Below the pieces are notes generated by a model. The model searched no databases, was not told where the DNA came from, and worked only from the letters and a program-made list of their open reading frames with translations. From Eledone cirrhosa (Eukaryota): a DNA stretch of 64,000 bases. A program made the position numbers and the translations under genes. Of this stretch, positions 29,601-44,423 are shown piece by piece (the stretch's first letter is position 1; every line of letters begins with the position of its first letter). The stretch is taken from positions 171,864,001-171,928,000 of the forward strand of contig OZ024742.1 of NCBI GenBank assembly GCA_964016885.1, given 5' to 3'.

Positions 29601-30302
29601 TTGTTTACAAACAAATTCAAGAAGCTATATAATATTCTTGTTTTTCCGAATGCTGACGTTTGCTTAATTATTACGTAATAAAGGCATACTTTTGTAATAA
29701 GTATTATCAAGCAAATAGATTCCTATTGTAATGTGCTTAAAATAGGAGGCAAGATACATTTTACCTGCCGGAAATTGGTTTTGAATAGATAGCAAGAATA
29801 AGAGAAAGAATGATGAGGAAGAGAGTAAAGGTAAGAAAGAAAAGGGAAGAGAGAAAAAGGGAGAGAGAAAATGTGGGGGGAAAATACAGCAAATATATAG
29901 GATAGAGGGATAGATAGATAGAAGTATAGGAATTACAGTCGGTAAAATAGACACAGAGAAAGATAGAGGAAAATGAGGCAGATAGATTAACAAAAGTATA
30001 AAGATGTAGAAGGAAAGAGAGAGACAATGGGGATGGGAAGAGGGAGATGGAGAAATAAAGAGAGAGAAAGAGACGGGAAAGTATAAGGTAAGATATGCAG
30101 AAGACTAGATTGAAAACAAAGAGAAAGGAAATTGAATGGAATAAAAACGCGTGAAGACCAAAGTAAAGAAGGCGTGAAATTAGATAGATATATGGATATA
30201 TAAAGAAAGAATATAGAAGACTACCAAATACGATAAAGACAGGAAAAGTTAGAAAGAAATAGTGAAGGAAATGAACAAAATGGAGAAGCCTGCAAAGAGA
30301 AT

Positions 30303-30343
<41 letters not shown>

Positions 30344-30366
30344 GGAGAGAGAGCGAGAGAGAGACG

Positions 30367-30414
<48 letters not shown>

Positions 30415-30709
30415 CACGAACGTAAGTAAACGGTGGAAGGATTACTCAGAGTCAATAGGAGCGAAATAACCAATGTCTGGGAGGAAGGTTTATTTTTGTC
30501 ATGTCGGCGACACAACACGAGAGAGAGAAAGAGCCGGAGAAATCAAAGTCTTATTTAGCAGTCAATTAACGTTTTCATTTAAATGATTTATTTCTGTCGA
30601 CTCTCTAGGAAACAAAAATACATAATATAATGAGACATTGTAAAGCCAACAGCGCTGCGAAGTTATAGAAGATAAACCGTCCGTTATATATACATATATA
30701 TATACACAT

Positions 30710-30796
<87 letters not shown>

Positions 30797-31174
30797 CATG
30801 ATTTCTTTATATGAAATTGTTGGAATTGATATTGATGGCGAAGCAGTTGAGTTGAAGAGCTCTGTGTGTTATTTATTAAAAAAGAAATATTAATGTTTGG
30901 TTTGTTCATATAATATATATGCTTTTTTCCTTTCATCTTCTCCCTCTTGTTATATTTCGAGATGCTGCTATTATAGAAATGTAGGTGTTTGCACTAAATC
31001 TCTTCGTAATATATCTCTCGACGTCAGACGTTGCTACATAATTTCCTTGTCTCCATTGTCTGCCTGTAGCTTTCTTTCAAAAGGTTCTATCTAAGACAGT
31101 AAACATTTCGCATTGTGTATCTTGGCGACTCACTAAACGTCGTTATCAATTTTCTAATTATCTAATCAAGTGGA

Positions 31175-31225
<51 letters not shown>

Positions 31226-31235
31226 TCTCTATCTA

Positions 31236-31266
<31 letters not shown>

Positions 31267-32264
31267 CTCTCTCTCCGTCTCCCTCTATCCACCTCAGCGC
31301 ATCCATTCTATGCTCTCTTGAATTCTGTGAGTAATTAGCGATCGATAATTGTCTTTGGTAATATATGTGGATATCATAACTGGTGTCTATTCTATAAATA
31401 TATTACTCACCATTGTATATTTCTTTCAATACTTTCGCAGTTTATTTTTGTTTTATAAATTTATATAGATTCAAATTATCTATAGCTTTCATTGTTATTG
31501 TGATGAATGCTATGATAGAGAGAGAGTAGGATTACTTGTTCAGCAAAAAGTTATCTGCTTAGACAGGAACTCTCACAGATCTCTATATTACTGCAGAATA
31601 TTGCGATTGATCGATGGACCACCGTCAGTCACGAAAATGAGCGTTTCTATTGTTTGAACAACGAAACCGCAAGCTCATGAAATTAAAGTGTATATATGTA
31701 TGAGCATTCCACAGACGCCTGTATATTTAACGTAATTCTGAGGGATATTCAGTGTGACACAGTATCGTATAGTACTCCCCCATTATTTGGAATTCCGTTG
31801 GACTGATGTAATTCATTTTCCGTCTACTTGATTTCAATCAGAAGGCACGGGCCGACCTGAGACTATGACATACGGCAATTGTTCAACATACCACTTAGAT
31901 CAAGCCACTCAATCATTCCAACAAGCTTCTTTTACTAAATATTTCACATGAACACACACCATTCATAGCTCGATGGTTAAAATGTGCGTCCTAATCATGA
32001 GATCATAGGTTTGATTCCCCTTTATGGTATCTTCCGCAAGCGTCTTTACTATAATGACCCAGACATCGGGAGTGAAATTACATAGAGGAAATCTATCTAG
32101 AAGACCAGCGGATGGATTGTACTCATAATTCGAAAGCCCAGCTTTGTCATTATGTAACACCGATTCTGCTTGAGAATGAACTTATGGATAGTTCAGTTAA
32201 TTTGACCAGCTAGTACAGTTCATCAAATTTCTGAATATTCTTAGTTGGAAACGAAGGAGAATAC

Positions 32265-32360
<96 letters not shown>

Positions 32361-33903
32361 GTTCTGTGTCACTATTCTTTTTTTAATTATGGCGTGCCCC
32401 CTTATCATGACCTCACAAGAGGCAACAAAATAGTTCCAGAAGAGGCAAGAAAAATAGTTCCACATAGATCCCAACAACAGCCTTTCAAACTAGGACGTAG
32501 CAGCTTTTGTGACCAAAAAACTCTTACTGCTCCCGCCTTACTACGTGTTTTGAATTATATGAATCTAGATAAGTGATGGTATTATGTTTTTTGCTGAATC
32601 ACGTGATATTCAAGAGACTCTATCAACATATCGGCCGTCAGTAGGTGGTTCCAGGAAGTCCGTGTATTTATTTCCTAATTTGTTGTAGTTGTGTAAGACA
32701 GACACACACACACACACACAGAGACAGACACACACACACACACATATATATGTATATATATATTTTTTTATTCTTTACTTTCTATGATTTTACTAATATT
32801 TGTCGCTGGGTTTATGATGCAGTCATTCCAATGAGCAGAACGTGGTGCAATGAGCAAAATACGTTCGTCCTCAGGTGTATCTTTCATCATAAATGTGATA
32901 TCTTGTGGGTGGTACGTAATTGGATACCTCATTGAAAAGCATTTGAATGCCAGATTCCAATAATGTCTTTTATTGTACAAGTCCACGCCATATCGTATTT
33001 CTGTGGCTAACTGATCACGTCATCAAACCATGACGCAATTCAATTGACAACGTCATCAGTTGGCATGATCATAATTAATTCAGTAAATTAATCTTTACTG
33101 AGGCACAGCAAGAACAAAAAGAAAGAATTAATGATACGGGGGCAGCCGAATTAGCGATTTCACCGCCATGTTGATCAGCTTCCTTATGATCATGCGATAG
33201 AAAATGTTTTGCATTGTGTATTAGTAGGCGTGACTAAGAGGAGACATGTGTGTTGAACAATCGACTGTAGCACTGTAGTCTTGGTACATGGGTTGATAAC
33301 TGATGCTATCAATTACAGCTTATCCCAAACCCACCCCAAAAACATCTTTACACGACTTCTTTAAATCTGCTCCATTTAAAAGTACTTTTTTTCTGAACAG
33401 TTATAGGAAATGTTATTTTTCTACAACTATTTAGACTAACTGAAGTAGACTCGTAGAATATTAGTGTCGGAGCGGAACTGACCAGGCGTGTTATACAGAC
33501 AGGCTGACATGGCTTCACAGGAAATACTCGGTTTTCAATTTATTAAACGACTACTTTCAATATTTCAAACTTAATAATATGTATTGCTTGGCTGATATCA
33601 TTACGAACAATTTCTCTCTTACGTTCACCTCTTTCTCTCTCTTCTTTCACTTTCACTTTCTCCTCCTCCCTCACTCTTGAATAATATGTATTTCTTTGCT
33701 GATACCATTAGGAAGAATATTTTTTTATATTCACTCTCTCACTGTGTCTAACTCTCTCCCCCAATCTTACTAATATACATGGTGCTGCTGATTGCATTAG
33801 GCTTCTTTTGCTTATCTTATCTCTCTATCTATCTCTTAATCTTTCTCCATTTCTTTCCCTCACTCGCTCTTTCATTCACACTTTCTCTCACCATATCAAT
33901 ACT

Positions 33904-33982
<79 letters not shown>

Positions 33983-33983
33983 A

Positions 33984-34015
<32 letters not shown>

Positions 34016-34501
34016 CCGTCTCTCTCTCTGTCGCTCTCTCTCTCTCTCGCTCTCTCTCTCTCTCCCGTCTCTCTCTCTGTCGCTCTCACTCTCTCATTCT
34101 CTCTGAATTTTCCAAAAAAAGGAAGCAGCTTTAGTGTTCATTGAATGCTTCTGTGAGGATTTTAACCAAATCTATTCATATAAAATAAAAATGACCCTAT
34201 TTGTTCTAAGATCATCAGTGAAATCGATAATCGTCTCAGTAACAGTTAGCTGAAAATTCTGCATATATTATGTTCAACGTCGAAAATATGATTTGAGTGA
34301 TTTTTCACATCGAAGCTCATAATGTTGGTTTCTTGGTTGGTGGTTTGAGAAATAAATAGAAGTATATATAAATATAGCTTAATATAATATATTCTCCAGT
34401 CATTCTAATTATACTTTCACTCGTGATAATTGATGAAATGCCGAATAGTTAAATGGAGTACTTTATGTATTATGAAATGTGATACTGATAAATATATAAA
34501 A

Positions 34502-34645
<144 letters not shown>

Positions 34646-35167
34646 AAAAAGCAAACATAAATAACAAAGCAAATGACACAGTACAATGAATAAATGTATT
34701 ATTAGTTTTACGTATGATATAGTAGGAAAAGAGTCTTAACGTATCAGACGCTAGTCTTTCATCAGATAAACGAGCTAGAAATTAAAGAAGAAATAGAAAG
34801 ATTGAGGAGACGGGCAGTAAGTGTGTGTGTGGCGTGTGTAACATTATGTGTGTGCTAGTGTGTGCGTGCAAAAATTCAATACCCTTTGCAACGCTAACTG
34901 TCCCATATGAATTGCAGTCAGGCAGCACATAGGCAATAGTAATTGCTCCCAGGTTAGTGCTAGTATTTTAGTATGGAAATAACGTTGGAAAACTGGTTAA
35001 TTGTTGGTGCTTAAAGTAGAACTAATTTCATAAAGATGCGTGAAAATAAAAAGCCTACATTATATTAAGAATATAAAATGTAATAATCTTGTACCCGCAC
35101 TCATGAAAGCAACAATGAGGAGACATATATTCTACTCTTAATATATTTCATATTTATACATCTCATT

Positions 35168-35278
<111 letters not shown>

Positions 35279-36077
35279 ATCTTGTTCTCTCTGTCCATCA
35301 CTCGAACAAGTCAATTTCATGTTTGCATGTTTTACTTTGTTTATAATGTAAACATGAATTGGTTTATGGTTATGAAATTTGTATTCCCACGAAACTAACA
35401 TAGGATAATTAGTGGCGACAGACATATTTACGCAAGTTAAACAGATTATAACAGAGGGAGTAAGACATTAATATGAAGCGCCAAACCCTTTGAAGAATAT
35501 CTCAGCAAAAATAACACTTTGTCGAAGTTTACAAATAGCAAACATACACTAAAGTAAATATTTCGTTAGATATGCCATATTTTCTATATAATTTACAGGC
35601 AACAGCTAACAAAATGTTGAACTGTTCAATGCATTCACATTGCAACTAATATTTATTAATTTCCAGGGCCTGGAAACTTGAAAGGTCGCATCGTACTCTA
35701 GGCATACATATAGCCAAGCATTGATACGAACTTACACAGATATGTGCCTACATGTGTGTGCGTGTTGTAAACTCAGTCGCTTCCGACTATTAGTGACTCA
35801 GTTGATTGAATCTACTGACTAGTCAGCTCAAGAAATTAACATATATACATACATCTTTGCATGTATACAAGCATGCATTGATATTTCTATACACAAGGAA
35901 AGTATGCTCAATGCAAATTAGAAATGAATATATACATTGGTATTATATTATTGAGATTATCTTGCTTTCTGCATCACCATGGACAATCTGCAGTTGCTGA
36001 CATAAGAAGATCTTGAAAACTAGATGAGTGCAATATACGTTACATGTATTATGTATAATGTATTAATATTCATAAAA

Positions 36078-36427
36078 ATTGTTTCTACTTTTGGCTCAAG
36101 GCCAGCAATTATTCCAGTGTATTACTGGTACTTTATTTTATCAACCACGTAAGGATGAAAGGCAAATTTAACCTCGGCAAGATTTTAACTCAGACCATAA
36201 AGGGCCGTAACTCTTTGCTGCAAAGCATGGCGTCCGACCCTCTATCGATACTGCTAATCCACCGCCCTAATATTAATAATAATAATTGTTTCTACTTTTG
36301 TCACAAGGCCAGAAATTACCCAGTGCATTACTGGTACTTTATTTTATCGACCCCGTAAGGATGAAAGGTAAAGTTAACCTCGGCGGGATTTGAGCTCAGA
36401 ATGGCAAGCACCGTAACTCTATGCGTC
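36078..36427 (-). mobile_element. Two adjacent SINE copies (second 5'-truncated)
   Basis: Two runs of TTGTTTCTACTTTTG...TAAGGATGAAAGG...AACCTCGGC. Confidence 0.85.
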
Positions 36428-36495
36428 CTAAAAATATATATGGGAATACACATATGTCCAATACTTCCATATATATATATATATATATAGATAAC

Positions 36496-36695
36496 AGGAG
36501 AAAGTATGACCACGACTGCAGAGCTTAAGCCGTTGCGACGGCTATTTCTGGACTCATTCAGTCCAGAAATAGCCGAGAAACGGCTTGTGCTCTGCCGTCG
36601 GGGTCATACTTTCTCCTATTACCCACTCTACTACCCTAAGTATTGAGTACTCTGGTGCGTTATGGTCCAACCGCTTCCTTACCCCAACTCCTTCG

Positions 36696-36697
<2 letters not shown>
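36496..36697. mobile_element. Foldback element in (TA)n, family A copy 2
   Basis: Inverted arms centred near 36557; the long arm matches the 17403 and 52519 copies. Confidence 0.75.
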
Positions 36698-36746
<49 letters not shown>

Positions 36747-36769
36747 TATACATACATATACTACAGTAT

Positions 36770-36812
<43 letters not shown>

Positions 36813-37733
36813 GTGTATGTGTGTGTGATAGAGATATATGACCTGTAGTGATTACATCCAGAATTCATTGCCAACTAACAAGACACATTTCAATAAATTA
36901 AAATTGGTTCTAATTTTCTTTTCTGTACAATTTCTCAAAAACAAACACAATACAGCTAAAATAATAAAAACAGAAATTATTTTTACGCTTCCATTTTTCC
37001 CATCATAATATTTATGTTATATTTCGTTCCGTGATTTATTTCTCTATTCTTATATTTATATTTCTTTATATTTCTTATATTTATATTTTTTCTTGATATT
37101 CTTTATACAATTTTCTGGAATATTATCTTACTTTACATCTAAATTAAAGTCAAAATAGCATAAAGGGCAAGCATATAACTCGAAATACTTGTTAGTTTTT
37201 TAAAGAATCCCCATTAAAAAAAATAAAACGGAGTATTTTTGTTGCTAGTTAGTTTATGTAATGTTAGGTTTCACATGTATTGTGAGTTGTTTTTTTATTG
37301 ATATGCTTATTATAACATTCTATGTTTTCGTTATTTCATTTGGTTTTGGATTTACTTCAATTATTCATTTCTTTTTCTTTCCTTTTTTATTTCTAGAATT
37401 CTTTGCAATGTTTTTCAGCATATTTGTTTTATAATTGAGTTTAAAGCTAATTAAAGAAGTACCAACAACAGAAGTAAGAAATAACAACAACAACAGCTAT
37501 ATTTTCAACACCACCAGCAACAATAACAACGACAACAGCAAGAATTAACAAGAACTCACAACAAAAAATATAAACATCAGAAATCCCAAGAATAAAAAGA
37601 ACATTCATGGTGGTGTGCTCGGAGTTTCGAACATTTGATGGATAGTTAAAAAAATACATGAGGAAAAACATACTGTATACATACATACATGTATATATAT
37701 ATATATATATATTAATCTCTTTGTATTCATTTC

Positions 37734-37822
<89 letters not shown>

Positions 37823-37872
37823 GGTGATAAAGAAAGAAACAAGACACACAGATCAGTAATCATGTCAGCAGC

Positions 37873-37885
37873 TAGTAGTAGTAGC

Positions 37886-37943
<58 letters not shown>

Positions 37944-37981
37944 ATGGTAGTAGTAGTAGTGGTAGTAGTAGTAGCAGCAGC

Positions 37982-38020
<39 letters not shown>
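37873..38020. repeat. (AGT)n microsatellite
   Basis: Direct inspection. Confidence 0.95.
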
Positions 38021-38021
<1 letters not shown>

Positions 38022-38534
38022 AAAAGGGAAAAGAGAATCGTTGTTGTTTTTTAGTCATGACTGAATTCTTTTCATATTTCTAATATTTTTATTTATCTGC
38101 CCTCGAAACATCGGGCGTGGATCAGTGAACGAATGTTTCCGCCTAGAATCATAGTTAAAAAGTACGATAGTGATAACAGTTGTGATGATTGTGGTGTTGG
38201 TGGTGGTGTTGGTGTTTGTAGCGTTGTTGTTGGTGCTAGATGTGCTGTCGAATTTTGCTTAATGTTGGTCGTGTCGGTGCTGATAGTTGCTGTTGTGAGT
38301 CTTATTGTTTCGTATTGGTGGTGGTGGTGGTGGTGGTATTCTAGAATATGATAATGCAAGCATGGTGGTGGTGGTGTTATTCTAGAATATGATATGCAAG
38401 CATGGTGGTTATCTCACCCCTGTGTGAGGCGAACTCAAAATACATTGAAACCGAGTGGGGTGAGAGTAAACAATAAAATAATAAAATAGTCATGCAATAA
38501 AAAATACAACAAAAAAAAACAAGAGAAAAACATA

Positions 38535-38670
38535 TTTCTCGTTTAGGCACAAGGCCAGCCATTTTAAAAGAAAGACAAAGTCGATTATATCGACCCAATG
38601 CCTTACTGGCACTTTATTTTATCAACCTTAGTAGAATGAAAGGCAATGTTGACCTCGGCGGGATTTGAAT
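38535..38670 (-). mobile_element. Diverged partial SINE
   Basis: GGCACAAGGCCAGC...GAATGAAAGGCAATGTTGACCTCGGCGGGATTTGAA. Confidence 0.7.
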
Positions 38671-38774
38671 TAACAAATAAAAAATAAAAAATAAAAAATA
38701 TATATATATAATACATAAAGTGTAAAAACAATAATTGTGTAAGAAATGTAAAATGTAAAGCTAGGTTAGGCACT

Positions 38775-39320
38775 GATGTCACTGTGCACTGGAGCAAGAT
38801 GTGCTGTGCATAGGCGCAGGCATATTTCCAGATGTTGGGATTTAGCTAGAACTGGCACCACTCTGCACAGGCGTACGTCCGGATTTAAAGAGGTAAATGG
38901 AACAGGCCTAGCTCTGAAGAGACGCAGATATGGCTCTGAATTGAAAGAGGTAATGGAACAGGCATCGCTGTGCACAGGCGCAGACATGGCTCTGGATTTA
39001 TGTGAGTTAGCTTCGACATATGTCGTTTCAGGTTCAGCTCCTCTCTTAAGCAGTCTAGACAATCTATGTTTGAGCCGAGACCTTGTGAGTAACATTTGAT
39101 AGAAGGAAACTGTGTGGAAGCCTGTCATATACGTATATATGCGTTTATGTTTGTGTCACCGTTTTTAGCGGTTCGCCAAAAACGAAAATAAAAAAAAAAG
39201 CTATCGATAAAATAAGTACCAAACTTTAAAATAAATAAGTAGTACAATCGATATGATCGACTAAATCAAGGCGGTGTTCCAGCAAGACCGCTACCTAATG
39301 ACTGAAACCATTAAAACAGT
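38775..39320 (+). mobile_element. Second SINE-like family, preceded by ~50-bp tandem repeats
   Basis: About four repeats of GGAACAGGC..CTGTGCACAGGCGCAGACATGGCTCTGG. Then a tRNA-like segment (GGTTCAG), CCTTGTGAG..GGAAACTG, and a tail TCCAGCA..ACTGAAAC also seen at ~41020 and ~43680. Confidence 0.55.
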
Positions 39321-40439
39321 AAAAAGGCAAAAGAGCAAACGAAAAATATGTATAAATCAAAATAAATCTAAAAAATAGATGGCAAGAGTAAAACACCTCA
39401 ATATCACCCAAAAGTGAATGTAACTCCCAATATCATGTATAAATGGAATCAAAATAATTTCTAAACAAAATATAAGAAAACAATATTTTAACAACAATCT
39501 GAACTCGAATCTTATTTTTTGATTTTCTTTTTAACAGTGATACAATTAGCAGATTAACAAAGAAAACAAATATAAAGAACAGCAAAAGAAGTAGAAGCAC
39601 CCCTCCCCCAAACAACAACAGTTGAAGAAATAGAAACAACAACAATAATGAAACTAACAAATGATAGCTAAACAATAACTGCAGCGAAACTAAGAAATGA
39701 AGAAAACCTGATTGTATTTTGAACACTCATTGATTTTTTTTCAATGCTCGTTTGTTAGACATTAGTAATTGTTTGTGTTGTTGCTTTGAGAGGTCGTAGT
39801 GTTGGTGGTGTTGCTGTTGATGTTGGCTGGCATTGTTGTTGCTGCTCTTGGTATTTTTGGTGCAGATGTTGTTGGTACTGGAATTAGTGGTCGTAGTGGT
39901 GTTGTTGTTATTAGTGATGTTGTTGGTGACGTGGTGGTATAGGTATTGTTGTTAGTGGTGTTGTTTTCGTACTTAGTGTTTTTGGCGTTGTTGTTGCTGT
40001 TGCTGTAAATGTTGTAGTCGGACATGTTGTGATGTTGTTGTTGTTGTTGTCTTGTAGTTTTTCTTTGTTTTAGTTGTTAGTGGTTGTGTTTGTACTGCCC
40101 CTCTTCCTCTGTATTTCGTTGTCTACTTTCTCTGTCTTCTTTTTCTACTAACGAGTTAACTATGATTTTATTTTAGTTTTGTTTACAGATCATTAAGCAT
40201 ACACACCCAAAACATTGCTTTCGTTCAAATATATAAAAAGGAAAGAGAAAATCTATTATATATGTGTGTGTGAGTGTATATATATGCATATATATATATA
40301 TATATATATATATTTATGTATTTATAATGTAAACAGAAAGGTATAAATAAACAGAAAAAGATGGATGAATATTCTTTTTATATATCAATTAACTTTATGA
40401 AACAATAGTTAATTCGTATTAATCTTCTATATGCCTCTC

Positions 40440-40487
<48 letters not shown>

Positions 40488-40497
40488 ACACACACAC

Positions 40498-40555
<58 letters not shown>

Positions 40556-40676
40556 ACACACATATATATATATTTAAACAGTAGATATATGGCAGAAGTC
40601 CACAATTTTGCTTGCGTTCTTATTATTCAATGACTAAACGGAATGTTTGAATTCATATAGGTTAAAGGTCCCACAC

Positions 40677-40741
<65 letters not shown>

Positions 40742-41119
40742 ATTGTGGTGCAGTTTGGGTACATGTTTTACAAAAAAGTGGATTTGTGTTACCTCCAACT
40801 ACTTGACTCCTCGGAAAAGCGTATTTTGCTTAGACATTAAGTTGACGATCATCTTGAACATGAAATTTTGTAAGCGGATAATGTTTATATGCACAAATGT
40901 TTATGAATCTGATTCGATGTTTGGTTACGACCCTTAAAACAGCAGTTCGAGAATACAGGATCAGGACTGGAAAATAAAAGTATTGGATTGATATGAATGA
41001 TTAAGACCCTTTATTGTGGTGACCCAGCATAGCTGCATTATTGAAACCAGTAAATGAATAAAATATACCCGTGGGTATATTTTATTCATGGGTCTGTGGT
41101 TGTATCTATTATAGGCTAC

Positions 41120-41330
41120 TTTGGCTGTATCGGTAGAAAATCAGACAACATGCTTAGCAGCATAGACTTTTGGCCCTTTACTGTCTGACTTCAATTCTCA
41201 TTTACGTTTAGGGTTGTCTTTCATCGTAAATGGGTAGATAAAATAAAGCACCAATAATTCACTGGGGTTGATTTAATCGACTTTCCCATCCCACAGAATT
41301 GGTATACTTGTACCGATTGTAGAAATCATG
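41120..41330 (+). mobile_element. Old diverged SINE
   Basis: TGGCTGTATCGGTAGA head, CTTTCATC..GATAAAATAAAGCACCA core, GTAGAAATC tail. Confidence 0.65.
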
Positions 41331-41491
41331 ATTACACAAGATTTCTTGTACGTGTTATAATTCATTATGTCTGACTGTTTCGTTCAACATGTCTCCTATT
41401 CTATTAAATGCAATGTTTCAACCATAACACCCTCCTACATACATGTGTATGTGTATGTGTGTGTGTGTATGTATCTGTGTGTGTGTATGTA

Positions 41492-41542
<51 letters not shown>

Positions 41543-41792
41543 GCATTCATGTTTAATTGTCCTGTTTGTTTATGTCTCATAAATTTGAGGTTTGCAAAAG
41601 ATAAATAAGACATCGATAATAAAAGTAACAAATATGAAATCATAAGTATTGCTATGTACAAGGTCGCTTAAATCCTTTCAATACAGTGTCCGAGCATGGC
41701 CACATTCTTTTGACAAAACCATATAGAATATACCAAACAAGCAAGGGAGAGAAAAGAAGAGAGACAAAGTGAGCGAGAGAGAGAGGAAGTGG

Positions 41793-41873
<81 letters not shown>

Positions 41874-42328
41874 GAAAATTGAAAATACCGTCCAAAATGT
41901 CAGATATCTATTATACAGAATGGTGATAGACTGAAATTTATCTTCCATTCGTCAGTATACAATAATACGAGGTAAGAGGAAATAGAAGTTACATATCTTC
42001 TATAGCTATTGTGTATCGCTGGTGGTGCTTTAAGAACGGAAATATCCTACAGCGCCTTCTATTACATCGAAATGTCTCCTACACATTTGATATTAATGAT
42101 ATTCGTCTGTGAGTCTGGTTTTAATATTAATATATTTCTCTTGTTCAAAGAAGCAGGTGTGCGGCCAGCGCAACTGAAAAGTACGCAATGGAGAATTCCT
42201 ACATAGATTAATATTTACTAACCTGTTTGCTGGCGTGTGTGTGTCTGCCTTAGCCAATATATTTATTTGATTACCTATACACTTTTACTTATCTGTCTAT
42301 CAGACTCTCTACACACAGCCTCCCGCTT

Positions 42329-42376
<48 letters not shown>

Positions 42377-42721
42377 CATGTATGTATGTATGTATGTATG
42401 TATGTATGTATGTATGTATGTATGTATGTATGTATGTATGTATGTATGTGTGTATGTATGCATGTATATATATATATATATATATATATATTTTAAGGAA
42501 CGATGACTTTCGTCAAATCGGACCGAGGAAACAATGTTTCCGTTGGTCTTTCCAATTGCTAATACTATCTATCGGTCGCAACTCCAGGTAGAAGGAGCAA
42601 CGTGAAATAAAGTGTCTTGCTCAAGGACATAACGCATATATATATATGTTTATCCCGCGTTCAAAGGGGGGTAACCACAGTAAGGTACTCAATACACACC
42701 AGATTATAAATATTTAATATA

Positions 42722-42998
42722 GAAATGGATTCTACAGGACTAGAACTGTTTCATTCGGGAGAAATCATCAGGAAAGCTTTCCTGATGATTTCTCGCGAGA
42801 AAGAAAGAGGTATGTAAAATCTGAACCACGGCGAAAAGTGGTGTCGGCTAGAGTGTCCAGCTAGCCCTTACGAGTGTGTAGTCTACATAGTGAGTTTACA
42901 TATCTCTATACCCATTCTGCATCGCCACAATGCAATGAGTACTCCCATGATTAGTGATCTCGTCGGTCTCAGCACCACAGACTGTCTCTCCTTTTCTG
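42722..42998. mobile_element. Head-to-head PLE-type fragment with hammerhead-like cores at the junction
   Basis: GAGAAATCATCAGGAAAG/CTTTCCTGATGATTTCTC palindrome. The left arm is also present at 14745-14792. Confidence 0.5.
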
Positions 42999-43005
42999 TA
43001 TATAT

Positions 43006-43079
<74 letters not shown>

Positions 43080-43174
43080 TTTCACCCTTAACAGGATCTT
43101 ATATATTTGATATATATTTATCCTTATCGAGCCCTCTTTGGATTTTAGTCTTCAAATTTATTATTATTACTATA

Positions 43175-43350
43175 TTGGCAGTATCGGTAGAGGGTCGGAC
43201 GCCATGCTTTCCAGCATAGTTACGTCCCTTTACGATCTGAGTTCAAATCCCGCCGAGGTTAACTTTGCCTTTCATCCTTACGGTGTCGATAAAATAAAGT
43301 ACCAGTAATGAACTGGGTAATTGCTGGCCTTGTGCCTAAAGTAGAAACAA
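43175..43350 (+). mobile_element. tRNA-derived SINE
   Basis: Head, core and tail present; TSD ATTACTATAT. Confidence 0.88.
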
Positions 43351-43354
43351 TTAC

Positions 43355-43427
<73 letters not shown>

Positions 43428-44387
43428 TATATATATATATATATAGTTTCAACTACGAACTAGATAACGATTGACAATACTTCAGGAGGAAAGATCACAA
43501 TTGAGAAAAATAATATATGTATATATGAGTATGTCTACGTGTCTATCCGTATTTATGCCTAATAACATAGTTGTTCGAAAATATGCGATCGATTATATAA
43601 GTAACAGACTGTTAAAAGAAACAAGTACTGCACTCGATATGATCAACGTACAGTAACCTTCATACTCTTAAATCGATGTTCCAGCATAGCTGCAGTCAAA
43701 TGTGTGAAACCAGTCGAAGAGTAAACGAATAAAAGCTTAAAAGAATAAAACAATGTGACATCACATTGAGTATTTAAAATACAATAGCTTATAATAATTG
43801 GTTGAATTATTATTTATTCCTGCCTAGAAATAGTGCAGCAATGCTTTCCTGCTACTGCGATTGTATCACGATCGAGACAGAAGAATTAAGTAGTATTATA
43901 ACTAAGATGACGAAAAAATATATATGTATGAAAATATTTTCTGTGTTTTTGCCTTGTTCTTGTTAGTAACAGTGTGATCAGTATAGTATAATAGAGTATA
44001 GCATAGAATATTATAGTGTAATATATTATCAGCAGTAGTAGCAGACATTTTTAGTGTTTTTGTTGTTATGTCGGTAGAAAGAGTTATGTTTATGTTCATT
44101 ATGACTGCCTGTCCTCTGAGAATATATTTCTTGTCAATTTTCGAGACAAAATACAATCTTAAATCTTTCATCACGAATAACGTTTCGACGAAGTTTACTA
44201 GCTGAAATATCTTAATATAAAGTTATACATACATACCCGCCTTATACATATTGTTTTATGGGCTAGTGTGACAAACATATTAAACAAGAACTGAATTATT
44301 GACACATACATTGTATGGTGTGAGGTAACGGCTTGATGTTCATTTGAACAAACTTTCCAGTTAAATAACATCAATGACTGAGACTCC

Positions 44388-44420
<33 letters not shown>

Positions 44421-44423
<3 letters not shown>

